A DNA stretch of 60,597 bases from the NCBI GenBank assembly GCA_041182265.1, contig JBEGOB010000281.1, positions 1 through 60,597 of the forward strand, read 5' to 3'. The stretch comes from Verrucomicrobiota bacterium. Lineage in GTDB: Bacteria > Verrucomicrobiota > Verrucomicrobiia > Verrucomicrobiales > Akkermansiaceae. Position numbers and translations under genes: made by a program. Under the pieces are notes generated by a model, which worked only from the letters and a program-made list of their open reading frames with translations, ran no database searches and was not told the DNA's origin. Within the stretch, counting starts at the first letter, position 1. Each line of letters starts with the position of its first letter. This document shows positions 40,521 through 50,121 of this stretch, one piece after another.

Positions 40521-41479
40521 GAAGTTGGATGCGGCGTCACATCGCGCAGTCGGATTTTTTCGCGAATCCTCTCTAGCAACGCAGCCGTCTGTGGCATCTC
40601 GACGCCAGCCGCCTGCGCCCGGCGCAGCGGTTCCTCCCAGATGGGCGCGACTTCGACCTCGCGCCCCGCCAGAAAGTCGATCATGCTGGATGTCCGGTAA
40701 GCTCCCATCGGCCGCGTTCGATGGATGTTGAAGTCGATCAAATCCTCGTTCAGTCCCAGCCCCAGCGCGCACCCGGCATGAACCACCTCCGCCATGAGCG
40801 CGCGCAACTCGCGCTCGCCGGCAGCCGTGGCCAAAAGCGCATCCGTGGTTACCCCGCCCTCCGCCACCGAAAGTCCGTTGAATGGGATATTCCAAACGAG
40901 TTTTTCCCATTGAGATTTCTCCAAATCTGCCACCGCGACGCCCTGGATGCCCGCGGCGATGAAACGTCGCTCCAATTCCGCAGCCCGACCATTTGCGCCG
41001 GGCCGCCATTCCCCCAGCGTCACGCGCCCGCCCGCCGAGTGATGGATCCGCCCGGGCGCGGTGCGATTGATGCAGACAAAACACAGCCCGCCGAGAACCC
41101 GCTCCGGCCCGACGATTTCCGCCAGAGCCTCGCAATTTCCCAAACCATTCTGCAAAGTCAACACCTGCGTGCCCGCATGCAAAAGTGGCGGTAAAACTTC
41201 GTTGAATTGGTGATTCGCCGTCGCCTTCCACGCCACGATCACCAAGTCCACCGGGCCGATTTCCTCGCTGGTCCGGTAAGCATTCACCCGCGGCAGCGCA
41301 AAGTCACCGTGCGCACTCACCGCTTCCAGGCCGGTCTCGGAAATCACATGGAAGTCCGAGCGCAGCAAAAATTTCACATCCTCGCCCGCCGCCGCCAGCC
41401 GTCCTCCGTAGTAAAGACCGACCGCGCCCGAGCCGATGACAGCCACGCTGCGAAAGCTCCAGTTCACGTCGCAATTCAT
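40517..41479 (-). CDS. panE: 2-dehydropantoate 2-reductase
   Basis: VIGSGAVGLYYG, LQNG, WEKLVWNIPFN, SSMID, EV..I. Confidence 0.88.
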   Translation of the reverse strand: MNCDVNWSFRSVAVIGSGAVGLYYGGRLAAAGEDVKFLLRSDFHVISETGLEAVSAHGDFALPRVNAYRTSEEIGPVDLVIVAWKATANHQFNEVLPPLLHAGTQVLTLQNGLGNCEALAEIVGPERVLGGLCFVCINRTAPGRIHHSAGGRVTLGEWRPGANGRAAELERRFIAAGIQGVAVADLEKSQWEKLVWNIPFNGLSVAEGGVTTDALLATAAGERELRALMAEVVHAGCALGLGLNEDLIDFNIHRTRPMGAYRTSSMIDFLAGREVEVAPIWEEPLRRAQAAGVEMPQTAALLERIREKIRLRDVTPHPTS

Positions 41480-42468
41480 TCTGACTTATAGGCTTCCGCG
41501 CGCCGTCCATCAATGCAGCGGGTCAGCCAGCGCACCAGACTTTCCGCCTCCTCCGACTCATGGCGCATCGAGCTGAGCGCCTTCCAGTCCAAGTGTGGCC
41601 GGGATATTGGCGCGGCGATGCGGTTGATGTCCAATTTCCCCATGATCGCCTCAGTCTCGCGTGGATGCGCGTTGAGGATATTGGCCGGGCGCGGCAGTTC
41701 ATCGAGTGCCTCCGCCGTCAACCCGAACGACGTCACGCCCACCCCGAAAGTCGCGCAGAGACGGCGGAAACTATCCGCCAGCGCCTCGTCCTCGATCGGT
41801 GCCGCATAGACGAGTTCGCCGCCCTGCGCCCACATCGAAACCGCCAAAGTCTGGAAAAAATCTTCGCGAAACGTCTGCAACGACGGCTGGATTCTCAAAC
41901 GCGCCGCATGCAAGCGAAACGGAGGAATTCCCAAGCGCTGCTTGAACGCCAACATCGCCTCATCCAAGGACATTTCCTCGTCCGCCGCCCCACCCGTCTC
42001 CCAATCGACCAGCACCAACTCCGGATATTTCCATAAATTGCAAATCGGTGATTCCTTCCCGAATGCCTTGCGAAAAGCGAAGGGAAAACGCCCGTTGACC
42101 TCGAAATAGCGTGTCACCACCGCCCGGAATTTACGGATTCGCAGCATCGCGCCATCCACCATATCCTGGTCTGCCGAAGTCAAATCATCCAAGCGCCCTT
42201 GAGTCATGGCGACCAATTCCTGCGCGCTGGAAAGCGCCGGTAGTGGCGCACTCCGGCGGTAATATCCCTGACCTTTTTCCACCTTGGCAATCGACGACGC
42301 AGGATCGCACGACATGATGGAAAAGTGATAACGCAGCGAGGCGTCCGAGTAATTTCCCGTCAACTGCAAGCGCGTTAAACGAATCAATTCTGTGCCCTTG
42401 ATCGAGTCAGCAGGATTTCCTGGAAGTAATGTCGGAAGAATGTCGGATAACTGCTTGCGAAGACTCAT
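41476..42468 (-). CDS. Hypothetical protein, wHTH plus degenerate COG2958/HrgA-like nuclease fold
   Basis: NLWKYPELV...FREDFFQTLAVSMWAQGGELV...RRLCATFGVGV parallels the COG2958 pattern W.HPD...RE.FFQAVSNS.WAN.GYLV...FGIG. Confidence 0.6.
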   Translation of the reverse strand: MSLRKQLSDILPTLLPGNPADSIKGTELIRLTRLQLTGNYSDASLRYHFSIMSCDPASSIAKVEKGQGYYRRSAPLPALSSAQELVAMTQGRLDDLTSADQDMVDGAMLRIRKFRAVVTRYFEVNGRFPFAFRKAFGKESPICNLWKYPELVLVDWETGGAADEEMSLDEAMLAFKQRLGIPPFRLHAARLRIQPSLQTFREDFFQTLAVSMWAQGGELVYAAPIEDEALADSFRRLCATFGVGVTSFGLTAEALDELPRPANILNAHPRETEAIMGKLDINRIAAPISRPHLDWKALSSMRHESEEAESLVRWLTRCIDGRRAEAYKSE

Positions 42469-42637
42469 ACAACGAATCGGCGGATAAATGGGCCGCTGGA
42501 ATCCAATTGCCCCACCTCGCAATCAGCAAGCCTCAAACACCAGAATTTTAAAAAACCATCGCCGACCGCGACGTTTTTTTGAAGGCTTCGTCCAGAAACC
42601 TTGTCCAAGCGACAGATTGCCTCAATTTTTTAACCCG

Positions 42638-43375
42638 ATGACTTTCAAACTTCACATCGCCTCCATCGCGCTGGCCGCCGCGTGCCTGACCAGCCAAATC
42701 GCCACCGCCCAAGCCCCCAGCGCCGAGCGGATCCTCGAAGGGGCACGCATGGCAGCGACGCTTGCCAAGCTCGACCAAGGGCTCTCCGGTACGCTCCGCA
42801 AAGGCGGAAAATCCACACCAATCACGCTTTTTCTCAAGGGCGAGGACATTCAATTCCAGTTCACCGAGGAGAAACAGCCGCTCCGAATTTTTCACACACG
42901 CATCGCCGACGAGAAATTCACTTTGTTTGAGATCAAAGACGGCAAGACGCTGGAATTCCCCGCCAACAAGATCGTGGAGCCCATCGCTGGCACGGACTTG
43001 ACCTACGAGGATCTCGCACTGCGGTTTTTTTACTGGCCGCACCCGCAACTCGAGGGCGAGGAAAACGTCGGCGGGCAGCCTTGTTACAAAATCCGCGTCG
43101 ATAAACCGAAGAACGCAGTCGGCCGCTACGAGACAGTTTACGTCTGGGTGCACACGAAATTTGGTGCCTTCATGCGCATTCGCGGCCACGCGAAAAACGG
43201 CGGATTGGTCAAGGAGTTCGAAGTCGAGGACATCATGAAAGTCTCGGACCAAGTCTGGACGCTGCGCAAAATGCAAGTCGCCACCTGCGATCCAAACAAG
43301 GGCGGGCGGCGCATCTCAATCACCGACGTGAGCTTCGATACGCCCCAAAAAGCTGGCCCGCGCGGCATCCGCTGA
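42638..43375 (+). CDS. Outer-membrane lipoprotein-sorting (LolA-like) protein
   Basis: Signal peptide, GTDLTYEDL, GEENVGGQPCYKI, VWV, beta-rich. Confidence 0.72.
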   Translation: MTFKLHIASIALAAACLTSQIATAQAPSAERILEGARMAATLAKLDQGLSGTLRKGGKSTPITLFLKGEDIQFQFTEEKQPLRIFHTRIADEKFTLFEIKDGKTLEFPANKIVEPIAGTDLTYEDLALRFFYWPHPQLEGEENVGGQPCYKIRVDKPKNAVGRYETVYVWVHTKFGAFMRIRGHAKNGGLVKEFEVEDIMKVSDQVWTLRKMQVATCDPNKGGRRISITDVSFDTPQKAGPRGIR

Positions 43376-43376
43376 A

Positions 43377-44162
43377 ATGCTCCGTTGGACTGACGCACAC
43401 AACCACCTCCACGACGCACGCCTTGGCGAGCGCGCGCCGTGCATTGCCGCAGCGCGGCATGCTGGAATCTCACGCTGCGTGGTGAATGCCACACACGAAG
43501 GTGACTGGCTGGAGGTGGAAAATTTGGCCGCCTCCGAGCCGGATTTCGTCGTCCCTAGCTTCGGCCTCCACCCATGGCACGCGCACACGGCCAGCCCGGA
43601 ATACTTGGAAAATCTGCGCGCGCTGCTGGAAAAACACCCTGCGGCCGGCATCGGTGAGTGCGGACTGGATGGCTGGATTTCCGCTCCGCCGCTCGCCGTG
43701 CAGGGACCCGTCTTCATCGCGCAAATCCGGCTTGCCCAGGAAATGGAGCGCCCGCTCACAATTCACTGCCTCAAGGCATGGGGCGCGCTCATTCAAGCCT
43801 TCGACGAGACCCCGCCGCCACCGCGCTTCCTCATGCATTCCTTCGGCGGCTCCATCGAGATCGCCCGCCGCTTGATCCAACTCGGCGCGTATTTTTCATT
43901 TTCCGGATACTTTCTCGAAACCCGGAAAGCCGCCGTGCGTGAGGTGTTCCGCCAACTTCCTCGCGACCGAATTTTGCTGGAAACCGATGCGCCGGACATG
44001 CTGCCGCCGCCAGAATGCATCACACACGCGCTGCCAAACGGCCAAAATCACCCGGCAAATTTACCGGCGATCGGCACGGCCCTGGCTGCAATTCTAGGCA
44101 TGCCCGCCGCTGAACTCGCGGAGCTCACCCGCGAGAACACAGGCCGCTGGCTCGGATTCTAA
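43377..44162 (+). CDS. TatD family hydrolase
   Basis: DAHNH, GLHPW, IGECGLD, IHC, HSF, LLETDAP. Confidence 0.92.
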   Translation: MLRWTDAHNHLHDARLGERAPCIAAARHAGISRCVVNATHEGDWLEVENLAASEPDFVVPSFGLHPWHAHTASPEYLENLRALLEKHPAAGIGECGLDGWISAPPLAVQGPVFIAQIRLAQEMERPLTIHCLKAWGALIQAFDETPPPPRFLMHSFGGSIEIARRLIQLGAYFSFSGYFLETRKAAVREVFRQLPRDRILLETDAPDMLPPPECITHALPNGQNHPANLPAIGTALAAILGMPAAELAELTRENTGRWLGF

Positions 44163-44170
44163 GCGCCATT

Positions 44171-44656
44171 TCACGGAGAAACCACCAACCGCTCGCTGCT
44201 GCTGTCTCGCTCAAAAAGAAAGCCGTTTTCCTTGTAAGTCTTGAGTCGGAAATGAGTTGCAGTGGAAAGCACACCATCCAACGAACTCAGTTTTTCGGAA
44301 ACAAAGCGCGCAACCTCCCGCAAATCTCCACCCTCGACGACGACCATCAAATCGTAGCCACCGCTCGCCAAATAGCACGAGACGACCTGGTCAAATCGCG
44401 CAACGCGCATCGCCAAACGATCAAAACCGCCGCCACGCTCAGGCGTCACTTTCACCTCAATAAACGCGGAAACCGACGTGTCCCCCGCCGCCTCCGGGTC
44501 AATCACCGCATGGTATCCCAAAATCGTGCTATCCGCCTCCCACGCCGCAACTTGACGGGCGACGGATGCCTGATCCGATGAGAGAAGGTCAGCGAGTTCC
44601 TGATCCGAAAAACGAGCCTTGCGGCGCAGAAGTTGAAGAAGTGGGTCTGAGGACAT
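44171..44656 (-). CDS. Lrp/AsnC family transcriptional regulator
   Basis: N-terminal HTH, ILGYHAVID, YLASGGYDL, STATHF.LK.YK. Confidence 0.9.
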   Translation of the reverse strand: MSSDPLLQLLRRKARFSDQELADLLSSDQASVARQVAAWEADSTILGYHAVIDPEAAGDTSVSAFIEVKVTPERGGGFDRLAMRVARFDQVVSCYLASGGYDLMVVVEGGDLREVARFVSEKLSSLDGVLSTATHFRLKTYKENGFLFERDSSSERLVVSP

Positions 44657-44689
44657 GACAATAATGCGTGGATTGGATTGAATGAAAAT

Positions 44690-45763
44690 TTAGTCGCCGA
44701 AGCAAATTCCGACCGCCTTGGCCGCCTGCATCAACTCGCTATCCGGCTCGACAAGCCGCAGTTTGTGCACTGCCTCCTCGATGGGAACGGAATCGACGTG
44801 ATACGATTGGTAACTGACCATCCGGCCAAAGGCACCTTCTTCGGCGAGCTTTACGGCCATCACTCCGAAGCGCACCCCGAGAATCCGGTCGAGCGAGGTC
44901 GGCGCGCCGCCACGTTGCAAATGCCCGAGCGTGCAGGCTCGCGTCTCTTTGGATGTCAACGACTGAAGCTTGGCTGCGACACGCTCGCCAATGCCGCCGA
45001 GCCGGATTTCTCCGCCGGAATTCGCATCCAAGGCAACCAAGTCACCCTCTGGCAGCGTGGCTCCCTCGGCGACGACAACGAGTGTGCTGTGATGCCCTTG
45101 CGCGTCACGCTGATTGATAAACGAGGCAATTTTCTCGAAGGAAAACGGAATTTCCGGCAGCAAAACCACGTTTGCCCCGCCAGCGATGCCACCCCAAAGC
45201 GCGATCCATCCCGCGTGCCGGCCCATCACTTCCAAGACCATGACACGCTTGTGACTCTCCGCCGTGGTGTGCAAGCGGTCGAGCCCGTCCACCACCGTGG
45301 AAACCGCGCTGTCGAAGCCGAAGGTCATCGCCGTGGCACTCAAATCATTGTCGATCGTTTTCGGCACGCCAATGATCGGCCATCCTTCGCGGAAAAGCTG
45401 CAAACCCGTGGTCAATGAGCCATCGCCACCCACCACGATCAACGCGGAAATCCCGAGTTGGTCGATCGTCCGCTTCGCCTTGGCAACAATTTCCGGCGGG
45501 ACTTCCGCGATGTCGCCCTTGCCGACTTTTGCGGCGAAGTGTCCCTTATTTGTGGTCCCAAGAATGGTGCCACCGAGCTTGAGAATGCCGATGGTGTCCT
45601 TGGGCTTGAGCACCTTATAGTCGCCCGGCGGTAAAATCCCCTCGAAGCCATCGCGGAACCCGATGACCTCCCAGCCGAGCTGCGCCGCGGCTCCCACGAC
45701 GCCATGAATGACTGCGTTCAGGCCCGGACAGTCGCCGCCGCTATTTAGAATGCCGATTCTCAT
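44690..45763 (-). CDS. pfkA: 6-phosphofructokinase
   Basis: GGDCPGLN, GGTILGT, GGDGS, PKTIDND, EVMGR, LGHLQRGG. Confidence 0.95.
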   Translation of the reverse strand: MRIGILNSGGDCPGLNAVIHGVVGAAAQLGWEVIGFRDGFEGILPPGDYKVLKPKDTIGILKLGGTILGTTNKGHFAAKVGKGDIAEVPPEIVAKAKRTIDQLGISALIVVGGDGSLTTGLQLFREGWPIIGVPKTIDNDLSATAMTFGFDSAVSTVVDGLDRLHTTAESHKRVMVLEVMGRHAGWIALWGGIAGGANVVLLPEIPFSFEKIASFINQRDAQGHHSTLVVVAEGATLPEGDLVALDANSGGEIRLGGIGERVAAKLQSLTSKETRACTLGHLQRGGAPTSLDRILGVRFGVMAVKLAEEGAFGRMVSYQSYHVDSVPIEEAVHKLRLVEPDSELMQAAKAVGICFGD

Positions 45764-45798
45764 AAATTTAAAGGTCGTGGGATTTCGGAGGAAAAACC

Positions 45799-46764
45799 TC
45801 AGGGAAGCGTCGGCAAACTAAGCAATTCGCGTTCCCGGTTTTGCACCATGGCCCCGGCCTCAAGCCATGGATCGTAGGCAGCCCATCCCTGACGAATCAA
45901 ATCGCGAGCGCGGCCGAAGCGATCCGGGTGATTGAGAACCACCACGATGAGGCGGCGCGGGGTCACGCCTTTATTCCCGTCCAACTTGAGCCGCACCAAG
46001 GGGTCCCGGTCCATGCACACCGACAGGCAGGGGCCGGCAGCGCTCGTCGAGCCTGTTTTCACCCCAAGAATTCCGGGTTCGCCCACCAGTTGATTCAAGT
46101 TCCGCACGCGGAACCCGCGTGTTCCAGCAGGCCCGGTGACCGTGACTTGGCGCTCTGGCTGGCGGACGATGAAGTTAAACGCATTCCGCCGCATGGCATA
46201 AATCGACAGGCGCGCCACATCCGCCGCCGTAGAAAATGCCTTTGCCCCCGGCCGGTCCAAACCGTGCGGGTTCGCAAACCGCGTCTGCACCATGCCCACG
46301 GCCTTCGCAAGCTGGTTCATCTCCCCGACGAAGGTGATCACCGGATCACCGTTGCGCCCGCGCCGCAGCAAAATTTCCCGGCCAACGTGATCTGCCAAGG
46401 CAAGGGCCGCCAAGTTGTCCGATCCAAGCAGCGAGGAATAAAGCGCATCCCGCAAGGTCAAGCGGTCACCCGGCTGCAAGTTCATCGGGTTCGGCCCGCC
46501 GACTAAACTCACCGTTTCCGGCACAGTGATCTGCGTGGTGCCCAAGTCCGTGCCGGTGGCCGTCGCCCAATCCACCGTCACCGCCGCCGTCGCAATTTTC
46601 GTGAGACTGGCGATCGGGCGCTTAGACGTAGCATTGCTCGCAATGAGAATTTTTCCGGAATGCGCCTCCACAACCATCACGCTTTCCGGCGCTTGGGCGG
46701 AAATGGAAAATGGCGCGAAAACTGAGAGAATGGCGAGGAGCTTAAGAATCTTAATTTGCTTCAT
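45799..46764 (-). CDS. D-alanyl-D-alanine carboxypeptidase (peptidase S11)
   Basis: Signal peptide, ASLTK (SxxK), SDN, FANPHGL, KTG. Confidence 0.9.
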   Translation of the reverse strand: MKQIKILKLLAILSVFAPFSISAQAPESVMVVEAHSGKILIASNATSKRPIASLTKIATAAVTVDWATATGTDLGTTQITVPETVSLVGGPNPMNLQPGDRLTLRDALYSSLLGSDNLAALALADHVGREILLRRGRNGDPVITFVGEMNQLAKAVGMVQTRFANPHGLDRPGAKAFSTAADVARLSIYAMRRNAFNFIVRQPERQVTVTGPAGTRGFRVRNLNQLVGEPGILGVKTGSTSAAGPCLSVCMDRDPLVRLKLDGNKGVTPRRLIVVVLNHPDRFGRARDLIRQGWAAYDPWLEAGAMVQNRERELLSLPTLP

Positions 46765-46911
46765 GCGTGGGAATCGGCCCGCAGAGTAACCCGCAAGCCC
46801 CGCAACTCAACCCCAAAGGCAAGAGCCCGGAGATTGCGCAAAAAAGAATGATGCCCAGACGCGACTTTCATCTGAAATTATCAGGCGAACGCCCACCCCA
46901 GAGCGCCGGAT

Positions 46912-47232
46912 TCATCGACCGCCGGATTCTAAAATGCGGAGGGCTTGATCCTCCAACGGCGAGACCGATTCTTCGTGCAGCGCAGCAAGCTCCGGCGTGA
47001 CCGATGGCTCTTCGGCTTCTGTGAAATCGATGTCGTTGAGGGCCTCCTGAGGATCCTCACTGAGCAGGGCATCGGCCTCGTAGGCATCCGCCACGGCATC
47101 CCGAATTTCATTTTCTGCCGCATCCAGGCCTTCTTGAAGCATCGCAAGTTCAGGATTTTCATCCACATACGGCGGTGCCATAGGCGAGCGAGGATCGGCG
47201 GAGGCTGGGCTGACTGAATCGGTGGTATTCAT
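46912..47232 (-). CDS. Small acidic hypothetical protein
   Basis: 106-aa D/E-rich ORF filling an intergenic gap, with a promoter-like motif just upstream. Confidence 0.6.
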   Translation of the reverse strand: MNTTDSVSPASADPRSPMAPPYVDENPELAMLQEGLDAAENEIRDAVADAYEADALLSEDPQEALNDIDFTEAEEPSVTPELAALHEESVSPLEDQALRILESGGR

Positions 47233-47240
47233 AACCCTGG

Positions 47241-47269
47241 AAACTACGCCCGCTCACACACCTTTGCAG
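47241..47269 (-). promoter_or_regulatory. Putative sigma70 promoter, near-leaderless
   Basis: Minus strand: CTGCAA-17 nt-TAGTTT, then 8 nt to the ATG at 47232. Confidence 0.45.
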
Positions 47270-47384
47270 GATTTTTTCCGCCCAATTGCACCAATACTCT
47301 GTCGAAGATCGTCAGCGTGACATCGCGCCGCACGAAGAGCCGGCAGCGTGAAGCTCTCCCTATAAAAGTTGCGGGTTCAACGAT

Positions 47385-48461
47385 TCAGTGACCACTGCCT
47401 TGTTCCTCCTCCTTCGCGCCGACGATCAGTGAGGTGATTACCCCAGTGGCCAAGACCGCGATGATCACGGCAAGCACCGTCAAATTGAATGAATCCCCCA
47501 ACCACAACTTCAACCACTTCGCAGCCAGCATTTTAACACCAACCAGAATCAGGATCAACGAGAGTGCGGGTTTAAGATACCGGAATTTGGCGATCAAGCC
47601 CGCCAGGGCAAAATACAGAGAACGCAAACCGAGAATGGCAAAGACGTTGCTCGTGAAAACGAGAAATGGATCCGCCGTAATCGCGAACACCGCAGGAATC
47701 GAATCAACCGCAAAAATCAAATCCGTCACCTCAACAAGGATCAGCGCCACAGCCAGAGGCGTAAGCAGCCACTTACCCGCAGGCGCAGAATCCACCACGG
47801 GATCAGGCTTGGGCTCCACACCCGGTTCTGCCGCTTCATGCGACCACGCACTTCCAGCCCTGACCATGAAATGCTGCCCATGGAATTCCCGAGTGATTGG
47901 GAAAAACTTCCGAATCCACCGCACCACAGGATTATTTTCCGGATGCTCCTCTTTTTCCTCCATCACGAGCATCTTGATTCCCGTAAAAATCAAAAACGCG
48001 CCGAAGAAATAGAGAATCACGTGAAAGTTCTGCACCAGCACCGATCCCAGACCAATCATCGCACCCCGCATCACCAAGGCTCCTAAAATCCCCCAAAACA
48101 AAACGCGGTGCTGATAACGAGCAGGCACCGCAAGCGAACTGAATACCATCGCGATAACGAAAATATTGTCCACGCTCAGGGATTTCTCGACGACATAAGC
48201 CGTAAGATACTTCGTTGCAGCGAGTTTACCGGTATTAACCACCTTATCCACGGCATCCACCGAGTTCCCTAAATTGAACCAATGTTGCTCATAGCCAAAG
48301 TAAACGAGGACGGAAAACGACAATCCTAGGGTGATCCAAACCGCAGACCACGCCAGAGACTCCTTGAAGCCCACAACGTGCGACTTCCTGTGGAAGACCC
48401 CTAAATCAAGCGCCAACATCGCAAACACAAAACCAATGAAAATAACCCATGCCCAAATCAT
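47385..48461 (-). CDS. TerC/Alx family membrane protein
   Basis: LALDLG, EKSLSVDNIFV, QHRVLFWGILGA, DLIFAVDSIPA, TSNVFAILGLRSLYF. Confidence 0.93.
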   Translation of the reverse strand: MIWAWVIFIGFVFAMLALDLGVFHRKSHVVGFKESLAWSAVWITLGLSFSVLVYFGYEQHWFNLGNSVDAVDKVVNTGKLAATKYLTAYVVEKSLSVDNIFVIAMVFSSLAVPARYQHRVLFWGILGALVMRGAMIGLGSVLVQNFHVILYFFGAFLIFTGIKMLVMEEKEEHPENNPVVRWIRKFFPITREFHGQHFMVRAGSAWSHEAAEPGVEPKPDPVVDSAPAGKWLLTPLAVALILVEVTDLIFAVDSIPAVFAITADPFLVFTSNVFAILGLRSLYFALAGLIAKFRYLKPALSLILILVGVKMLAAKWLKLWLGDSFNLTVLAVIIAVLATGVITSLIVGAKEEEQGSGH

Positions 48462-48694
48462 GTGGCAGGTTCTAGGCGGCTCAACTCGGTGCGGCGACTG
48501 GAAAAACCTGAAATAATTCCAAATTCGCCTCCCCCACCCCACTCAAAAGACCTCTGACTCCCTAAAAACGAAATTTTAGCAATTCTTCAGACTTGGCTTT
48601 GCCACGAAATCTGGGACATTTTCCGCTTCCTAGTTTCAGCTTGCAACCGGATGAATGATCGACTAGAAACCACCTGCACAGCTTCTGACGAAAG

Positions 48695-48723
48695 AAAGGA
48701 GTGGGTCTAGTACCCACTCTTTT
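48695..48723 (+). promoter_or_regulatory. rimP/nusA-operon leader hairpin (attenuator-like terminator)
   Basis: aaaggagtgggt-ctagt-acccactctttt about 45 nt before the nusA start. Candidate promoter TTGCAA-17-TAGAAA at 48641-48669. Confidence 0.7.
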
Positions 48724-48768
48724 GCGTCTCTAGACATCAGCAGCGCCGATCGCAGATTACGCAACGCC

Positions 48769-50049
48769 ATGACCAACGATATCGTAGCCCTCATCGAGTA
48801 TTATGAAAAAGAAAAAGGCATTGACCGAGACAAGGTCGTTGCCGCGCTCGAGTTTGCTTTTATCTCGGCTTATCGCAAAATGGTCCCCGGTGCAGAAGCC
48901 ATTGAGACTCTGCGTGCAGAAGTGAATACCAAAAAGGGTGAAACCCGAGTCTTCGCCTCGCTCACCGTCGTCGCGGATGCGGACTATTCAGACAAATTCA
49001 ATCAAGTTCCCCTTTCCACGGCCGCCAAAAAGACCCCAGGTGCGCAAGAAGGTGACATTCAAGAATTCAACGTCACCCCCAAAGATTTCGGACGCATTGC
49101 CGTCCAGACCGCGAAGCAGACGATGATGCAGCGGCTCCGCCAGGCGGAGAAAGAGATGATTTATGAGGAATTCAAGGATCGTGCCGGTGACGTAGTTTCC
49201 GGCACCGTTCGTCGCTTCGAGCGCAACGACGTGATGATCGACCTCGGCAAGTTTGAGGGCATCATGCCAAATCGTGAGCGAGTCCAAGGTGAAGACTACA
49301 ACATCGGTGACCGCATTCGCGCTTACGTGCTCGCAGTGGAGAATGAAGGTCGAGGCCCAGAAATCATCCTCTCACGCAGCCACCCCAATTTTGTCCGCAG
49401 GCTTTTCGAAGCCGAAGTGAACGAAATTTCGGACCGCACAGTGGAAATCCGCGGCATCGCTCGCGAAGCAGGATTTCGCACCAAAGTTGCCGTCTGGAGC
49501 AGCGATCCTAAAGTGGACCCTGTCGGAGCCTGCGTCGGAATGCGCGGCGCTCGTGTCAAAAACATCGTCCGCGAACTCAACAACGAGAAGGTCGATATCA
49601 TCCGCTGGAGTGAGGACCCGAAAGAATTTGTCCGCGAGGCACTCAAGCCCGCAGAACTCCGCTCCATCGTCGTCGATGAGCAATCACACACCGTCCACGT
49701 CACAGTGGATGAAATTGACCTGAGCAAGGCAATCGGCCGCAAGGGACAAAACGCCCGCCTCTCCTCGCGCCTCATGGGCTGGGATGTGCAAGTCCGCCGC
49801 GACGAGTCGAAAGAAGAGCAATTCAAGGAAAGAATCGGCGGCGCGGCACACACACTCGGCGAACAACTCGGAATCACCGACGAACTTGCCAATAAATTGA
49901 CTCTCGCTGGTGGCTTCAATCCTGAGCTTGTCATCGACATGCCTGCCGATTACATCGCCGCAGCCTTGGAGATCACTGAAGACGCCGCCGAGGCCATTCT
50001 GGTCCGTGCACACGGCATCGTGGATGGTTCGACTGCCACCGCAGAGTGA
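48769..50049 (+). CDS. nusA: Transcription termination/antitermination factor NusA
   Basis: FGRIAVQTAKQ, S1 domain, AREAGFRTK, GACVGMRG, AIGRKGQNARL. Confidence 0.97.
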   Translation: MTNDIVALIEYYEKEKGIDRDKVVAALEFAFISAYRKMVPGAEAIETLRAEVNTKKGETRVFASLTVVADADYSDKFNQVPLSTAAKKTPGAQEGDIQEFNVTPKDFGRIAVQTAKQTMMQRLRQAEKEMIYEEFKDRAGDVVSGTVRRFERNDVMIDLGKFEGIMPNRERVQGEDYNIGDRIRAYVLAVENEGRGPEIILSRSHPNFVRRLFEAEVNEISDRTVEIRGIAREAGFRTKVAVWSSDPKVDPVGACVGMRGARVKNIVRELNNEKVDIIRWSEDPKEFVREALKPAELRSIVVDEQSHTVHVTVDEIDLSKAIGRKGQNARLSSRLMGWDVQVRRDESKEEQFKERIGGAAHTLGEQLGITDELANKLTLAGGFNPELVIDMPADYIAAALEITEDAAEAILVRAHGIVDGSTATAE

Positions 50050-50121
50050 TCCCTTTCCAAAACGAAATCTCACATTTTTCCTTCAATTTCTTCCTCTCAC
50101 AGAACTCTGCAGACAAGCCGG

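Noticed and set aside
40521-41231. Long N-terminal extension of the Gfo/Idh/MocA ORF suggesting a fusion
   Set aside because: It is an alternative frame inside panE; the real start is 40520 (ATGA overlap).
48462-48600. Possible yybP-ykoY manganese riboswitch before terC
   Set aside because: Only a partial TAGGGAGT resemblance on the minus strand; the other conserved loops and stems were not found.
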